From NCBI GenBank assembly GCA_963804085.1, contig CAWDOQ010000002.1, positions 64,001 to 128,000 of the forward strand: a DNA stretch of 64,000 nucleotides, written 5' to 3'. The stretch's first letter is position 1, and every line of letters begins with the position of its first letter. The position numbers and the translations under genes were made by a program. Source of the DNA: Chlamydiia bacterium (GTDB taxonomy: Bacteria; Chlamydiota; Chlamydiia; Chlamydiales; Rhabdochlamydiaceae). The notes beneath the pieces were generated by a model. It had not been told where the DNA came from. It did no database searches and saw only the letters and a program-made list of their open reading frames with translations. Of the stretch, positions 38,292 to 48,375 are shown one piece after another.

Positions 38292-40446
38292 AATTTCTAG
38301 TAAGAACTATTCTGTAATCAGGCGCTACTTGATATTTCCAGAGAGCTATGGCTTTTTTTAGCACCTCTCTCTTCTCGACAAGCTTACCCTTGTGCTGTGT
38401 GACAGTAAGACGAGTACCGCTCTCTACTTTGAACAGGTGATCGCCCTTTAAAGTGATGTCTTCGGCGTAAAATTCTCCATCGCCATCGATCACGATTTGG
38501 CAGCTCTCTTTTCGAAAGATCTCTCTTTTCCAAAAAACAGAGGGTAAAGAGCGATCGATACCTGCATTTTTCACTAACACATTTTTTAGCACGCATTTAC
38601 CGACAGAATCGGAGTAGTGAAGCACCCCGTCTTTATTTTTTGTGCCCATGAGAGCGAGCGCTGTGATGAGAAGACTTCCATCTAGCCTCATGTTTTCCAT
38701 ATCTAATTCGGCAATCTCTAAAGAGAGTTCGCTCTTTTGCTCTAGATGCCCGCCGCGTATCTTTTGTGCGATGATGCTATAGAGAGGCCCGAGCGAGGGG
38801 TGGTAGAAAAAAAGAGGCAGCGCTTTCTCTTCATCTAGCTGCATCTTGCAAACCTGAGCAAGAAGTGCACGTGCATTTTTCTGCGCATCAAAAAAGCATC
38901 CTGCAGGTGTTTCAAGAAGTGGGGCGCCCGGCGTCTCTTCTCGCTTGACTGTCGAGATCGTCTTAGCGCGGCTATTGTAGGTGAGAAAGGTGCGCATCTC
39001 GCCTGCGCGCTTTCCTGCAGGCAAGGGGCGAGCAAATGTGTGGCCAAAGCAGTCGGCGATGTTCTGCATCGTAGATTCTAAACGCGCCACCTCCTCTTCT
39101 ACTATTCCCTTCTCTGTGCGATAGGCAGTCTTTTTGGGATTGATGAGGATGCCGGGCAGTGGGGTGAGCTCCACCGCCTTCTCTACCGCTTTTAGATCGA
39201 TAAACAAGATGTTGGTGTTAGAAGAGAACCCGCCGCGCGTCTCTTTTTCTTGCGGCGCCAGTTCCACCTGGCGATACTTTTCAAAGTCGCAGTACTCCAC
39301 ATTTGTAAGCACATATTCCACACCGGAGGCTCTTCTTTTTTCTAGGAGCACATTGATTCCTTCGGCAGCTCCTCTTTTTCGTGGGCATGAAGCAAAGCCA
39401 AAGATCTTATCTCCCTGACATCCCAACCCGGTGAATGCCAAAAGACCATAGTCGGAACCGGCGATAGGGTTATTGATCTGTCTTATAAGCGCCTTTCTTC
39501 TCCCCTGTTCATAAAGCCAATCAAAGATTTTGGCATCGCGCGCAAGCTTCCATATCACACCATGGCCACCCGGTTTTAAAAGAAGCTGCATCGGCCCTAC
39601 CAAACACCACTCTCCTTTTCGATTAACGCAAGGAACAGAGGGTTGTGAGAAAAAACGAAAGGAGCTCTTAGGTCTTCCAAACCAGCGCTTCTCTTCGCAG
39701 ATAGAGAGGATCTGCGCATGGTTGTCTTTTTCTTGCGAGGTCATCATCGCAAGCGGGGTGATCAGCTGCTTGCCGTAGAGCTTATAGTGCAGATATTCAC
39801 GCGCTTGCAAATCGACAACCATCCCTTCCAAAAGCGTCCTCCCGCCAAAGATAAGTTTAGCTGCAGGAAGCGCTGCGGCTGTCTGCTCATCGTGCAAACG
39901 CAGCCTGTCGGCAGCCCCCCCCACCGGATAGATCTCTGCCATCTCTTCCATTCGCTCTAAGCCCCATACTAGGGCCTGTCTTACGGATAAATTCTCTTCT
40001 GAGATGTCTACTCCTTCAGGAGGATGGTAGACGCTATTATGTGGAGATATGCTCTCCTCTTTTTTGACAGATAAAAAATGAAGAACCGCGTTGTGATACC
40101 CCACAATCCCACCGATCTCGTGATAGAACCTCTCTACGGGAAGGAGGATCTCGATAAGCTTGTGTAGGTTATCTTCGTTTAAAGGCGCTTCGCCTAGGAT
40201 CCGCTCCCCCTGCCCTACTGCAACTAAAGACTTTAAAACGAGCGCGCGCTCATCTGATAGAGCTTTTACGTAGCTACTTAAAAAATTCTGTTTTTTGAAG
40301 AACTCTTTTACTCGGGAGGCGCTAGAGACAGCTTTTAGCCGCTCCTCTAAAGAGCGCGTCTTTTGAAGCTTTTTGAGGAGAGGAGCGAGCTCTTCTTTCT
40401 GCTCATCGATGGAAAAACTTTGCTCAAGAAGAGATATATCGCTCAT
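38290..40446 (-). CDS. UTP-glucose-1-phosphate uridylyltransferase / UDP-sugar pyrophosphorylase family
   Basis: GGAADRL, MMTS, FSQP, KPGGHG, RQINNP, NVEY, NTNILF, RLESTMQNI. Confidence 0.85.
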   Translation of the reverse strand: MSDISLLEQSFSIDEQKEELAPLLKKLQKTRSLEERLKAVSSASRVKEFFKKQNFLSSYVKALSDERALVLKSLVAVGQGERILGEAPLNEDNLHKLIEILLPVERFYHEIGGIVGYHNAVLHFLSVKKEESISPHNSVYHPPEGVDISEENLSVRQALVWGLERMEEMAEIYPVGGAADRLRLHDEQTAAALPAAKLIFGGRTLLEGMVVDLQAREYLHYKLYGKQLITPLAMMTSQEKDNHAQILSICEEKRWFGRPKSSFRFFSQPSVPCVNRKGEWCLVGPMQLLLKPGGHGVIWKLARDAKIFDWLYEQGRRKALIRQINNPIAGSDYGLLAFTGLGCQGDKIFGFASCPRKRGAAEGINVLLEKRRASGVEYVLTNVEYCDFEKYRQVELAPQEKETRGGFSSNTNILFIDLKAVEKAVELTPLPGILINPKKTAYRTEKGIVEEEVARLESTMQNIADCFGHTFARPLPAGKRAGEMRTFLTYNSRAKTISTVKREETPGAPLLETPAGCFFDAQKNARALLAQVCKMQLDEEKALPLFFYHPSLGPLYSIIAQKIRGGHLEQKSELSLEIAELDMENMRLDGSLLITALALMGTKNKDGVLHYSDSVGKCVLKNVLVKNAGIDRSLPSVFWKREIFRKESCQIVIDGDGEFYAEDITLKGDHLFKVESGTRLTVTQHKGKLVEKREVLKKAIALWKYQVAPDYRIVLTRN

Positions 40447-40689
40447 AATCTTACCTTCCTTACCTTGCCATTTTGAACCGCTAAACGCAAGAAAATGCAC
40501 GAAAAGAGAGCACCCTCGCCGATTTTTTTTGACTATAATACCTCGAGAGCGCTACAAATTGTCATTCGAGGAATTAAAGTTATTTACCTCGAAAATGTAA
40601 GTCTTCACATTGGATGAATTCTTACCTAACACCCGATGGTGCAATCCCACGGGTCTTAAAGTAGCACTTTATCAAGGAGAATCAAGCAA

Positions 40690-40950
40690 ATGGCAAAAGA
40701 GAAAAAATCCAAATTCATGCAACCAATGAAAGTTAGCGATGAACTCGCAGCAGTTGTTGGCAGAGGACCAATGCCACGTACAGAAGTAACAAAGAAACTT
40801 TGGGCTTATATCAAGTCTAACAAAAGACAAGATCCAAGCAACAAGCGCAACATCATCCCAGATGAGAAACTCTCAAAAGTGTTCGGCGGAAACAAAAAAT
40901 CTGTCAACATGTTCGAAATGACAAAGCTTGTTAGCAAGCACCTCTCTTAA
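40690..40950 (+). CDS. SWIB/MDM2-domain protein
   Basis: SDELAAVVG...RTEVTKKLWAYIK...QDP...DEKL...MFEMTK; typical chlamydial stand-alone SWIB. Confidence 0.92.
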   Translation: MAKEKKSKFMQPMKVSDELAAVVGRGPMPRTEVTKKLWAYIKSNKRQDPSNKRNIIPDEKLSKVFGGNKKSVNMFEMTKLVSKHLS

Positions 40951-40959
40951 TTTTTTTTA

Positions 40960-40990
40960 GTGGAATGCAGCAGAGTCTGCTGCATTCTAC
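40960..40990. terminator. Hairpin downstream of the SWIB gene
   Basis: gtggaatgcagcag-agt-ctgctgcattctac. Confidence 0.5.
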
Positions 40991-41007
40991 ATTCTCTCTA
41001 AAATCCC

Positions 41008-41751
41008 GTGAAAAAATATAAACTAATCCTTGCCTACGACGGCACACACTACGGCGGATGGCAAGTCCAGCCCAATAGCACCTCCATCCAGATGCTTGTG
41101 CAGATGGCACTTGAAACCGCGCTGCGAAACAAGACAGACCTAACCGGTGCAAGCCGCACCGATGCAGGCGTCCATGCTCTCGGACAAGTCGCACACTTCA
41201 CATCAAACGATCCGGTGGACACCTTTCGCCTGCTCGCCTCTTTAAACGGTCTACTTCCCGCAGACATCCGCGTGCAGCTCATCGAAGAGGTCCCAGAATC
41301 GTTTCATGCCAGATACAGCGCTACAGGAAAGATCTACCACTACCATCTCTACTTAGAACGCGTGATAAACCCTTTTAACAGGCTTTATGCCACACACATC
41401 CCCTACAAGGTCGATTTAGAGCGCATGCAAAAAGCAGCAAAGCTCTTGGTCGGCACACACGACTTCACCTCATTTGCAAACGAGTCTCACAAAGGAACAG
41501 CCAGCCACGATGCCGTGCGCACGCTTAAGAGATTAGATCTGGTAGAAGAGAGCGGCGGAGTAAGACTTGAGTTTGAAGCTGATGGCTTTCTCTACAAGAT
41601 GGTGCGCAACCTAACAGGCGCGTTAATTGGAGCAGCTTGCGGCAAGCTCGCAATCGAAGAGATCCCCGCACTCATTGCCGCACGCGACCGCACCCAAGCC
41701 CCCGAAACCGCTCCCCCTCAAGGCCTCTTCCTCATGAAAGTGAAATATTAG
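41008..41751 (+). CDS. truA: tRNA pseudouridine(38-40) synthase
   Basis: AYDGTHYGGWQVQ, SRTDAGVHA, FHARYSA, GFLYKMVR, APPQGLFL. Confidence 0.95.
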   Translation: MKKYKLILAYDGTHYGGWQVQPNSTSIQMLVQMALETALRNKTDLTGASRTDAGVHALGQVAHFTSNDPVDTFRLLASLNGLLPADIRVQLIEEVPESFHARYSATGKIYHYHLYLERVINPFNRLYATHIPYKVDLERMQKAAKLLVGTHDFTSFANESHKGTASHDAVRTLKRLDLVEESGGVRLEFEADGFLYKMVRNLTGALIGAACGKLAIEEIPALIAARDRTQAPETAPPQGLFLMKVKY

Positions 41752-41765
41752 AAGCTTTCTTCATT

Positions 41766-41842
41766 CGCGCCCGCTTCCGCGCCCGCGTGCGCGCCCGAAT
41801 TAATCCGGATCGGGCGCGCACGCGGGCGCGGAAGCGGGCACG
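41766..41842. repeat. GC-rich REP-like palindrome between convergent genes
   Basis: cgcgcccgcttccgcgcccgcgtgcgcgcccga-attaatccgga-tcgggcgcgcacgcgggcgcggaagcgggcacg. Confidence 0.93.
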
Positions 41843-41852
41843 TAAAGCAAGG

Positions 41853-42536
41853 TTAGGCCTGAAAATTTTCGGGGATCTCTTCGAAAGAGGTGAAGTGGAC
41901 AAACTTCTCTTTTGCTACGCGCTTCAGCTGCGGATGCCAAAGAGGACAGATCAGCACTCCCTTAACACCTGCGCCTTCCAGCGCAGTGAAACCGCGTATC
42001 GAATCTTCAAAGCCGATGATCCGATCTCCTTTTTTTCCGTACTTGGCAACCGCTTTTAGATAGCACTCCGGATCCGGCTTGGGGTGCGTGTAATCTTCGC
42101 GTGTGATCCAGTAGGGAATCGATTTAAGTTCGGGTAGCGCGCCTTTGATAAAGTCGATCTGCTCCCTGGTCGAGTTGGTGACAACGCACCGCTTAATCTG
42201 CGCTTTTTCTAAACTCTTTAAAAGTTTATCCACACCCGGCATCAACTTTAAATTGCCGCCTTGCAAAATCTGCATGTAGGCTGCCTTCTTTTCTGCGTAG
42301 AGCACCTCCCAGCGCGGCTCCTCCTGCTTCAGCTTCGGAAACTGGACATAGATCGCAGCGCGCAGCGCCGTCGAATCAAAGTGCGCCTCACCAAAAAATC
42401 GATCCAAGCTCCAGTTAAGATCATACCCGCGTCCTTTGCACATCGCCTTGTAAGCAGCAAAGTGCAGCTCCTCAGTGTTGACGAGCAACCCATCAAAATC
42501 AAAAAGAAAAAGCTGAAAGTTATTAATCCAAGACAT
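41853..42536 (-). CDS. HAD-superfamily phosphatase
   Basis: FDFDGLLVNTE, VTNS, KPDP, FEDS. Confidence 0.9.
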   Translation of the reverse strand: MSWINNFQLFLFDFDGLLVNTEELHFAAYKAMCKGRGYDLNWSLDRFFGEAHFDSTALRAAIYVQFPKLKQEEPRWEVLYAEKKAAYMQILQGGNLKLMPGVDKLLKSLEKAQIKRCVVTNSTREQIDFIKGALPELKSIPYWITREDYTHPKPDPECYLKAVAKYGKKGDRIIGFEDSIRGFTALEGAGVKGVLICPLWHPQLKRVAKEKFVHFTSFEEIPENFQA

Positions 42537-42864
42537 CTTGTGACTTTTGGTGAGCTAGAGATGGAAGGGGACTTGGAGAGGCGATCTCTTTTTTGAAATA
42601 TGACAACATGAAATCTAAGATATCACGCTTTGCTCCATCACCCAGGACAACCATTTTCATGACCTCACGAAAATGGTTGTCTATCAGTTGCTTAGAGTTA
42701 AGACACGCCATTTTGGCTTTTGCAATAACAGCAAGAAAGTTGTCCCAACTAGTGTATTCAAAAAGTCTTTGCAGGTCTCTGGCCATCCAGTATTCGACAT
42801 CTTGGTCGACATGGACAGTCTCTTCAAAGGTTTGAGACAATCTCTGAATGACTACTTTTTTCAT
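42523..42864 (-). pseudogene. Truncated DinD/BRO-like DNA-damage-inducible protein
   Basis: EYWMARDLQRLFEYTSWDNFLAVIAKAK...HF...DFMLS, then resemblance stops abruptly; lies at the tRNA-Leu 3' end. Confidence 0.7.
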
Positions 42865-42888
42865 GCAAAACCTTCCACACTATCAAAA

Positions 42889-42972
42889 TGCCGATGACTG
42901 GAATCGAACCAGCACTCTATTGCTAGAAACAGATTTTGAATCTGCCGCGTCTACCAATTCCGCCACATCGGC
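42889..42972 (-). tRNA. tRNA-Leu(CAA)
   Basis: gccgatgtggcggaattggtagacgc...gcaga-ttCAAaa-tctgt, long variable arm, ggttcgattcc. Confidence 0.95.
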
Positions 42973-43018
42973 ATGAGGGAAAAGAATAACGCAAAAGAGT
43001 GAAAAAGAGCAAGCTAGG

Positions 43019-43684
43019 TTAGTATTTGTTTATTCTGACTACTTCCACAGCATCTTGTAAGACTTTCTCGAAAAGACACAGGGACTTGTCTTCCGAATCG
43101 AGGACAAGCAAAGCCTGTTTGAGGCACTCGATTTTTTTAAACCCTTTCCAAAGCTCTACTGCCTGCTCAGCCTCATTTTGATTCATCTTATGGTTCCGAA
43201 CAAAAAACTGCGCCATCTGTTGATCGCTTATTTGGAGATTTAACGAAAGATAGAATCTTCGCACATTGATATCGTACACGTGATCATAAGCGCCACTAGA
43301 AGTGTGATAGGTCGTCAAAAATAGAGTCTCGATCTTTTTGAGAAGAGAGGGGTGAGGAAAAGCCTCCCAAAGATAGAGTAGTGCTGCCAACTCTCGTGTC
43401 AGATTTTTTACTTCGAACTTCACTTTGTAATTTGAATAGCACTCATATACTTCTCTTTCGATATACAAAAACTCTCTGTGATTCCGAAAGTCAAACGCAT
43501 AATCGGCAACAATACCCACTAAAGAAGGAGGAAGCCCGCAAGTCTGATTAGGAGTGTCACCGAAAAGGCCGGCAAACAGCGCATAGGCGTAATTGTACAC
43601 TCTCTTCCAGAGCTCTACCACGCAATCTACAAGACAACACATATACGCTGTCGCTGCTCTATCTACAGAAGTTATTGTGGTCAT
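43019..43684 (-). CDS. Tandem paralog 5, F-box-like putative effector
   Basis: Shared N-terminus TSVDRA...CLVDCVVELWKRVYNYAYALF; LPPSLVGIVADY. Confidence 0.7.
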   Translation of the reverse strand: MTTITSVDRAATAYMCCLVDCVVELWKRVYNYAYALFAGLFGDTPNQTCGLPPSLVGIVADYAFDFRNHREFLYIEREVYECYSNYKVKFEVKNLTRELAALLYLWEAFPHPSLLKKIETLFLTTYHTSSGAYDHVYDINVRRFYLSLNLQISDQQMAQFFVRNHKMNQNEAEQAVELWKGFKKIECLKQALLVLDSEDKSLCLFEKVLQDAVEVVRINKY

Positions 43685-44373
43685 CAGCCATTTGCCCTTT
43701 TTATAAGAGTGTTGGCTTTTGTTTTGGTGATTTGAACATATTTCGAGGGAAACTTCTCTCCGTCTTTTACGCGTTCAAACGTATCCCATATCGCAGGGAT
43801 CTTCTTAATCGTTTGCCAATCGTGTATCGCTTGTGGAAACTCTTCTAACGTGATCTCTAAACCCTTGGCAAACTCTGCTTGCCGCTCATTCAAAAAAGTT
43901 GGATCGCCCATACGTATGAACACCCAGGAGAGATCAGTGGCCTGCATATAATCAGGACCCGCTTCCTCTGGAGGCATGTAGTAATAACTTAAAACAACCT
44001 CCTCAATCTTACTGAGCACACGAGGAGCATCAAAACAATCGGCAACCCCCTTTATGGAAATAAATGCTTTTCTAAGCAGATCTGCTTTCAAATCGAAGAT
44101 ATATTGAACCTGAAGACCATTCGTTTTTAGCTCTTTTGTTACATACAAAAAATCTTCGTACTGCTTGGGCATAAGAAGATAGTCACAAATAAGCATGGTA
44201 ATACCCGAAGGCAAAACAACGGGCTCAGACGCAGGGGCGCCAAACAGATAAGCAAAAAGAGCGCAGGCGTAGTCATACACTCTCTTCCAGAGATCTGCTA
44301 TGCAATCTACAAGAGAGCATATGTACCCTGCTGGCGCTGCTCTATCTACAGAAGTGATCGCGGTTGTTGTCAT
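43684..44373 (-). CDS. Tandem paralog 4, F-box-like putative effector
   Basis: DCIADLWKRVYDYACALFAYLF; LPSGITMLICDYL. Confidence 0.7.
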   Translation of the reverse strand: MTTTAITSVDRAAPAGYICSLVDCIADLWKRVYDYACALFAYLFGAPASEPVVLPSGITMLICDYLLMPKQYEDFLYVTKELKTNGLQVQYIFDLKADLLRKAFISIKGVADCFDAPRVLSKIEEVVLSYYYMPPEEAGPDYMQATDLSWVFIRMGDPTFLNERQAEFAKGLEITLEEFPQAIHDWQTIKKIPAIWDTFERVKDGEKFPSKYVQITKTKANTLIKRANG

Positions 44374-44378
44374 AAATG

Positions 44379-45161
44379 TTAGGCCTTTTTAACGAGAAGC
44401 GTTGCTTGAGGAACTCTAATCGTTTGGCGCTCACTTCTTCTATTGACATCTAGCTCAATTTTAAGTTGTGGGAGAACTATCAACTCTTTTAAGGCAGCTA
44501 CTATCTGCTCCGCCTCCGGCACCGTTACCTTCCAGAGATTTGCAAGCAGAGGAAAAAAGACGTCAGATTCCGAGGTGACATGCAGCGCGCTCATATGCTC
44601 ATTTCTCCCCTCAATAAACTGGTAAAGATCTCGCATCCCGGCAAACATCTTTTTCCATCCACATTCACCTTCGTTTTCGCCTAATTCGAGATAGTAGTTT
44701 CTGCGAAAGACCGCTACAACTTTATCCATTAACTGCGGGGCATCAAAGCAGTCTGCTAGACGCTTAAGCGTGATAAGTCTTGCTACAAGAGGCGGCGCCT
44801 GAAAATGCAGCTCATAAATACGCTCTTGCACGGTATATCGATGTCCTGCCTTGTTACCTCGAGAAAAGGGTCCAGGAGGCATCGGGCGGCTCAATCCCTC
44901 TTTGGTCGCTTGAACGATGTGCAAGATCTCCGTATGATTTTCGGCATCAAACACATATTCAGAAATCAGAGCCGCAATAGATGCAGGCAGACGCACAGCC
45001 TCGCGCGCAGGCTCAGGCGCAGGCGAGCCAAACAGATAAGCAAAAAGCGCACACGCGTAGTCGTACACCCTCTTCCAGAGATCTGCTATGCAATCTAGAA
45101 GGCAGGACGCGTACCCAGCTACTACCGCTGATCTGTCTACAGCAGTGAGTGATGTTGTCAT
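44379..45161 (-). CDS. Tandem paralog 3, F-box-like putative effector
   Basis: DCIADLWKRVYDYACALFAYLF; LPASIAALISEYV. Confidence 0.7.
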   Translation of the reverse strand: MTTSLTAVDRSAVVAGYASCLLDCIADLWKRVYDYACALFAYLFGSPAPEPAREAVRLPASIAALISEYVFDAENHTEILHIVQATKEGLSRPMPPGPFSRGNKAGHRYTVQERIYELHFQAPPLVARLITLKRLADCFDAPQLMDKVVAVFRRNYYLELGENEGECGWKKMFAGMRDLYQFIEGRNEHMSALHVTSESDVFFPLLANLWKVTVPEAEQIVAALKELIVLPQLKIELDVNRRSERQTIRVPQATLLVKKA

Positions 45162-45868
45162 TAAAATCTTCCTATTTTGCGAATTTCTAGCTGATCCGTA
45201 GATACATTTACATGCTTAAAAAATGATTTCGGAACTGATTTGGTTGGATCAAAAAGTGGCTGTATCGTGGGGATTTTTCTAATCTCTTCCAAAGCGCGCA
45301 TCACTTCGGGCCCATCTTCTCGACTTAAGCCTAGTTGTTGAACAACAGCTTGCTTGCGTGCTTCGGGATCCAAGCTAGGAAAAATTTGTTCTGGGATATC
45401 CATATAGATATAAACTCCTCTGCCGATGTTGTTGGAGTGATATTGATCGAGGTGCCAAGCGTCTTCTGGATGAGGAAGCTCATAATTGGTGCCGAACACC
45501 TCTTCAATTTTACTTAGCAAGTGGGGAGCATCAAAACAATCTGCAACTCCCTTCACATACAAGAGTGCTTCCGCGAGCTCTTTAACTTTAAATTCGATCT
45601 TATAAGTCGTCTGCCAAGTTACTGCATCTCTTGTGATATACAAAAACTCCCTGTGCTGCTCGGGCATAAAAATGTAATCTGAAATGAGTGTCGTAATGGG
45701 CGGAGGTAAAACCACAGGTTCAGGTGTAGATGGACCAAACAGATAAGCAAAAAGCGCACATGCGTAGTCGTACACCCTCTTCCAGAGGTCAGCTATGCAA
45801 TCTAGAAGACAAGATGTGTACCCAGCGGTTACAGCAGCTCGATCTACTGACGTGAGTGATGTTGTCAT
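45161..45868 (-). CDS. Tandem paralog 2, F-box-like putative effector
   Basis: DCIADLWKRVYDYACALFAYLF; LPPPITTLISDYI; similar along its whole length to paralog 1. Confidence 0.72.
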   Translation of the reverse strand: MTTSLTSVDRAAVTAGYTSCLLDCIADLWKRVYDYACALFAYLFGPSTPEPVVLPPPITTLISDYIFMPEQHREFLYITRDAVTWQTTYKIEFKVKELAEALLYVKGVADCFDAPHLLSKIEEVFGTNYELPHPEDAWHLDQYHSNNIGRGVYIYMDIPEQIFPSLDPEARKQAVVQQLGLSREDGPEVMRALEEIRKIPTIQPLFDPTKSVPKSFFKHVNVSTDQLEIRKIGRF

Positions 45869-46566
45869 TAAACCCTTCCTATTCTGCGAATTTCAAGCTG
45901 ATCCATTGATATATTTATACGCTTAAGGAATGATTTCGGAACCGGATTGGTTTGATTAAAGAGTGCCTGTATTATGGGGGTTTTTCTAATCTCTTCCAAA
46001 GAGCGCATCACTTCGGGCCCATCTTCTTCACTTAAGCCAAGTTGTGTAAGAACCTGCCATGAACGTGCTTCGGAACACATGTGAAGGAAAACTTTTTCTG
46101 GATGATCCATATACATATAAACTCCTTCGGCGATGTTGTTGGAGTTGTATTGATAGGATTGTAAAGCATCTTTTGGACGAGAAAGTTCGTAATGTGTGCG
46201 GAACACCTCTTCAATTTTACTTAGCAAGTGGGGAGCATCAAAACAATCTGCAACTCCCTTCACACACAGGAGTGCTTGCGCCAGCTCTTTGACTTTAAAT
46301 TCAATCTTAAAAATCGCCCGAAGCATATATGCATCTCTTGTGATATACAAAAATTCCCTGTGCTGGGCAGGCATAAAAAGGTAGTCAGAAATGAGTGTAA
46401 TAATAGGGGGAGGCAAAACAACAGGCTCCGGCACAGGAGCGCTGAACAGATAAGCGAAAAGCGCGCACGCGTAGTCGTACACCCTCTTCCAGAGATCTGC
46501 TATGCAGTCTAGAAGGCAGTTTGCGTATCTTAGCGATGCTGACTTGTCTACAGCCTGTATTGACAT
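45868..46566 (-). CDS. Tandem paralog 1, F-box-like putative effector
   Basis: DCIADLWKRVYDYACALFAYLF; LPPPIITLISDYL. Confidence 0.72.
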   Translation of the reverse strand: MSIQAVDKSASLRYANCLLDCIADLWKRVYDYACALFAYLFSAPVPEPVVLPPPIITLISDYLFMPAQHREFLYITRDAYMLRAIFKIEFKVKELAQALLCVKGVADCFDAPHLLSKIEEVFRTHYELSRPKDALQSYQYNSNNIAEGVYMYMDHPEKVFLHMCSEARSWQVLTQLGLSEEDGPEVMRSLEEIRKTPIIQALFNQTNPVPKSFLKRINISMDQLEIRRIGRV

Positions 46567-46639
46567 AAAAACCACCCTTTATTTTAAAAAGCGATTAATT
46601 TTAACAATTAATCTCATTTAATAAAATATAGTTAAAATT

Positions 46640-47503
46640 TTAGTAACGCTTGTAGCCCTTGAAGGCTTTAGGCCAGGTATAGACAACTTTTTCATTGAGC
46701 GCACGGTCGTGGCGCACCTGGAGAGAGATGTAGGGATAAGGGTGGCTGTTATCAAAGTCTCTACCCTCGCCTTTGGCGTAGAGCTGGATGGTTACCTCTT
46801 TGTTGTACCAGGGGGTGATGGCAGTTTTGGCATCGCTTTTGTCATACCTTTCAAACTGCTGGTACTCTTGCTTGCCGCGGTAAAGAGCGGTCTCTTTGTA
46901 GTAGCTTTGAAGTAGCGCTACGACCTCCTCGGGCCTCTCCTCCATCCCTTGCACATAAAAATCGACTTCGGCGCCGATCATGTGTTTGGAGGTCTGACCG
47001 GCTGGCATTGGGTCGGCATACTTGTTATGTACGGGACATCTATGGCCACAGGTGATCACCACCTTCTTGTTTGTCTTTGTCTGTACGTAGTTAAGTAGCT
47101 CGATTAAGATGGGATAGACGAACTCTTTGTCTTGCAAAAGAGGAAGGCTATGCTTTTCGCCGCCCCCGCAGTCGTAATCATACTCCCCCTTTTCGCTACC
47201 CTCTTGAAAATGAGGCGGGTTGGAGCTGCTTCCCTTGCAGCGGAAGTATTCGCGTGAGATCTTGGGGAGCTGGCCTGAGTAGCTGCCCTCCCAAGGGTAC
47301 TTCTGCCTTTCGCGAATCTGGGGGGGCGCATAGGCAAATTGCCTCTCATTTGCATGGCGAAAGACAAACTCCCCTTTTGCGTTTTGAGCGCGGATCTTTT
47401 CTTGCTCGGATTGCTCAAGGCCTGAGCAGCCGGTAAGTCCAAGAAAAAAAACCATAGACAGACACTTAGCAAAACATATAATCCGGCTTGGGGGTAGTAG
47501 CAT
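46640..47503 (-). CDS. Lipoprotein with peptidase M15-like (D-Ala-D-Ala carboxypeptidase) domain
   Basis: Lipobox LTGC; ITCGHRCPVHN...SKHMIGAEVD motif. Confidence 0.7.
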   Translation of the reverse strand: MLLPPSRIICFAKCLSMVFFLGLTGCSGLEQSEQEKIRAQNAKGEFVFRHANERQFAYAPPQIRERQKYPWEGSYSGQLPKISREYFRCKGSSSNPPHFQEGSEKGEYDYDCGGGEKHSLPLLQDKEFVYPILIELLNYVQTKTNKKVVITCGHRCPVHNKYADPMPAGQTSKHMIGAEVDFYVQGMEERPEEVVALLQSYYKETALYRGKQEYQQFERYDKSDAKTAITPWYNKEVTIQLYAKGEGRDFDNSHPYPYISLQVRHDRALNEKVVYTWPKAFKGYKRY

Positions 47504-48371
47504 GTCCGACTCCGTTCGTCTTAAGTCCTTAGCAGATTCGGTTGGTAAAAGCCAATCTCTTCAGCAGGGCATTAGCCACTTGGGAGAGGCTTTTTCTCTT
47601 TTCTCTCAAGAAACAGCACGTCTGCAAGAAGCGTACACAAGGCTACAAGAGCAATTTAAAGCGGTCAATACGGAAATGCAACGGCTACAGAAGCAGGCGC
47701 TTCTTGCCGACCGGATGAAGGAGCTGGGCGAGATGGCCGCCTCTGTCGCTCACGAAATACGCAATCCGTTGGGCGGCATCCAGGGCTACGCCTCTTTGCT
47801 CTACCGCGATTTAGCGGAGCTTCCCGCCAAACAGAAGATGGTAGAACCGATCCTAGAGGGAGCAAAAGCACTCAGCCGTCTGGTAGAGCGCGTGCTAGAC
47901 TATTCGAAGCCTCTTGAAATGCATCTTGTCTCGACAGATCTGGGAGCCTTTGTGCAGGAGGTTATCCATCTAATCCAGGTCGATCCTTGCTTGCCTCCCA
48001 ATATCGAAATTGAGAAGGATCTGTTAGAAAAGCCTCTCTTTGTGCCGCTGGATGGCGCGCTGATGCGCTCGGCTCTACTCAACCTACTCTACAATGCGAT
48101 CCAAGCGATGCCCTCCGGCGGAACGCTCTCTCTTGCAATTAGCAAGACAAAAGATAGAGCGCAGATCGCCATCTCGGATACCGGCGTGGGGATCCTGCCC
48201 GAGCATTTAGAAAAGATCTTCTCCCCCTTTTTTACGACAAAAGAGAAAGGGACAGGCCTTGGACTTTCAGAAACATACAAGATTGTGCAATTGCATTTTG
48301 GAACACTAGAAGTACGATCAGCGCCGGGTAAGGGTTCCACCTTTACTCTTCACCTACCACTTGTGAGATAA
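47502..48371 (+). CDS. ctcB: Sensor histidine kinase, CtcB/AtoS-like
   Basis: AHEIRNPL H-box, NLLYNA, DTGVG, PFFTTK, GTGLGL. Confidence 0.85.
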   Translation: MSDSVRLKSLADSVGKSQSLQQGISHLGEAFSLFSQETARLQEAYTRLQEQFKAVNTEMQRLQKQALLADRMKELGEMAASVAHEIRNPLGGIQGYASLLYRDLAELPAKQKMVEPILEGAKALSRLVERVLDYSKPLEMHLVSTDLGAFVQEVIHLIQVDPCLPPNIEIEKDLLEKPLFVPLDGALMRSALLNLLYNAIQAMPSGGTLSLAISKTKDRAQIAISDTGVGILPEHLEKIFSPFFTTKEKGTGLGLSETYKIVQLHFGTLEVRSAPGKGSTFTLHLPLVR

Positions 48372-48375
48372 ACAT

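Noticed and set aside
43019-46566. Paralog array as a diversity-generating retroelement target
   Set aside because: No reverse transcriptase or template repeat in the window; differences are not adenine-specific
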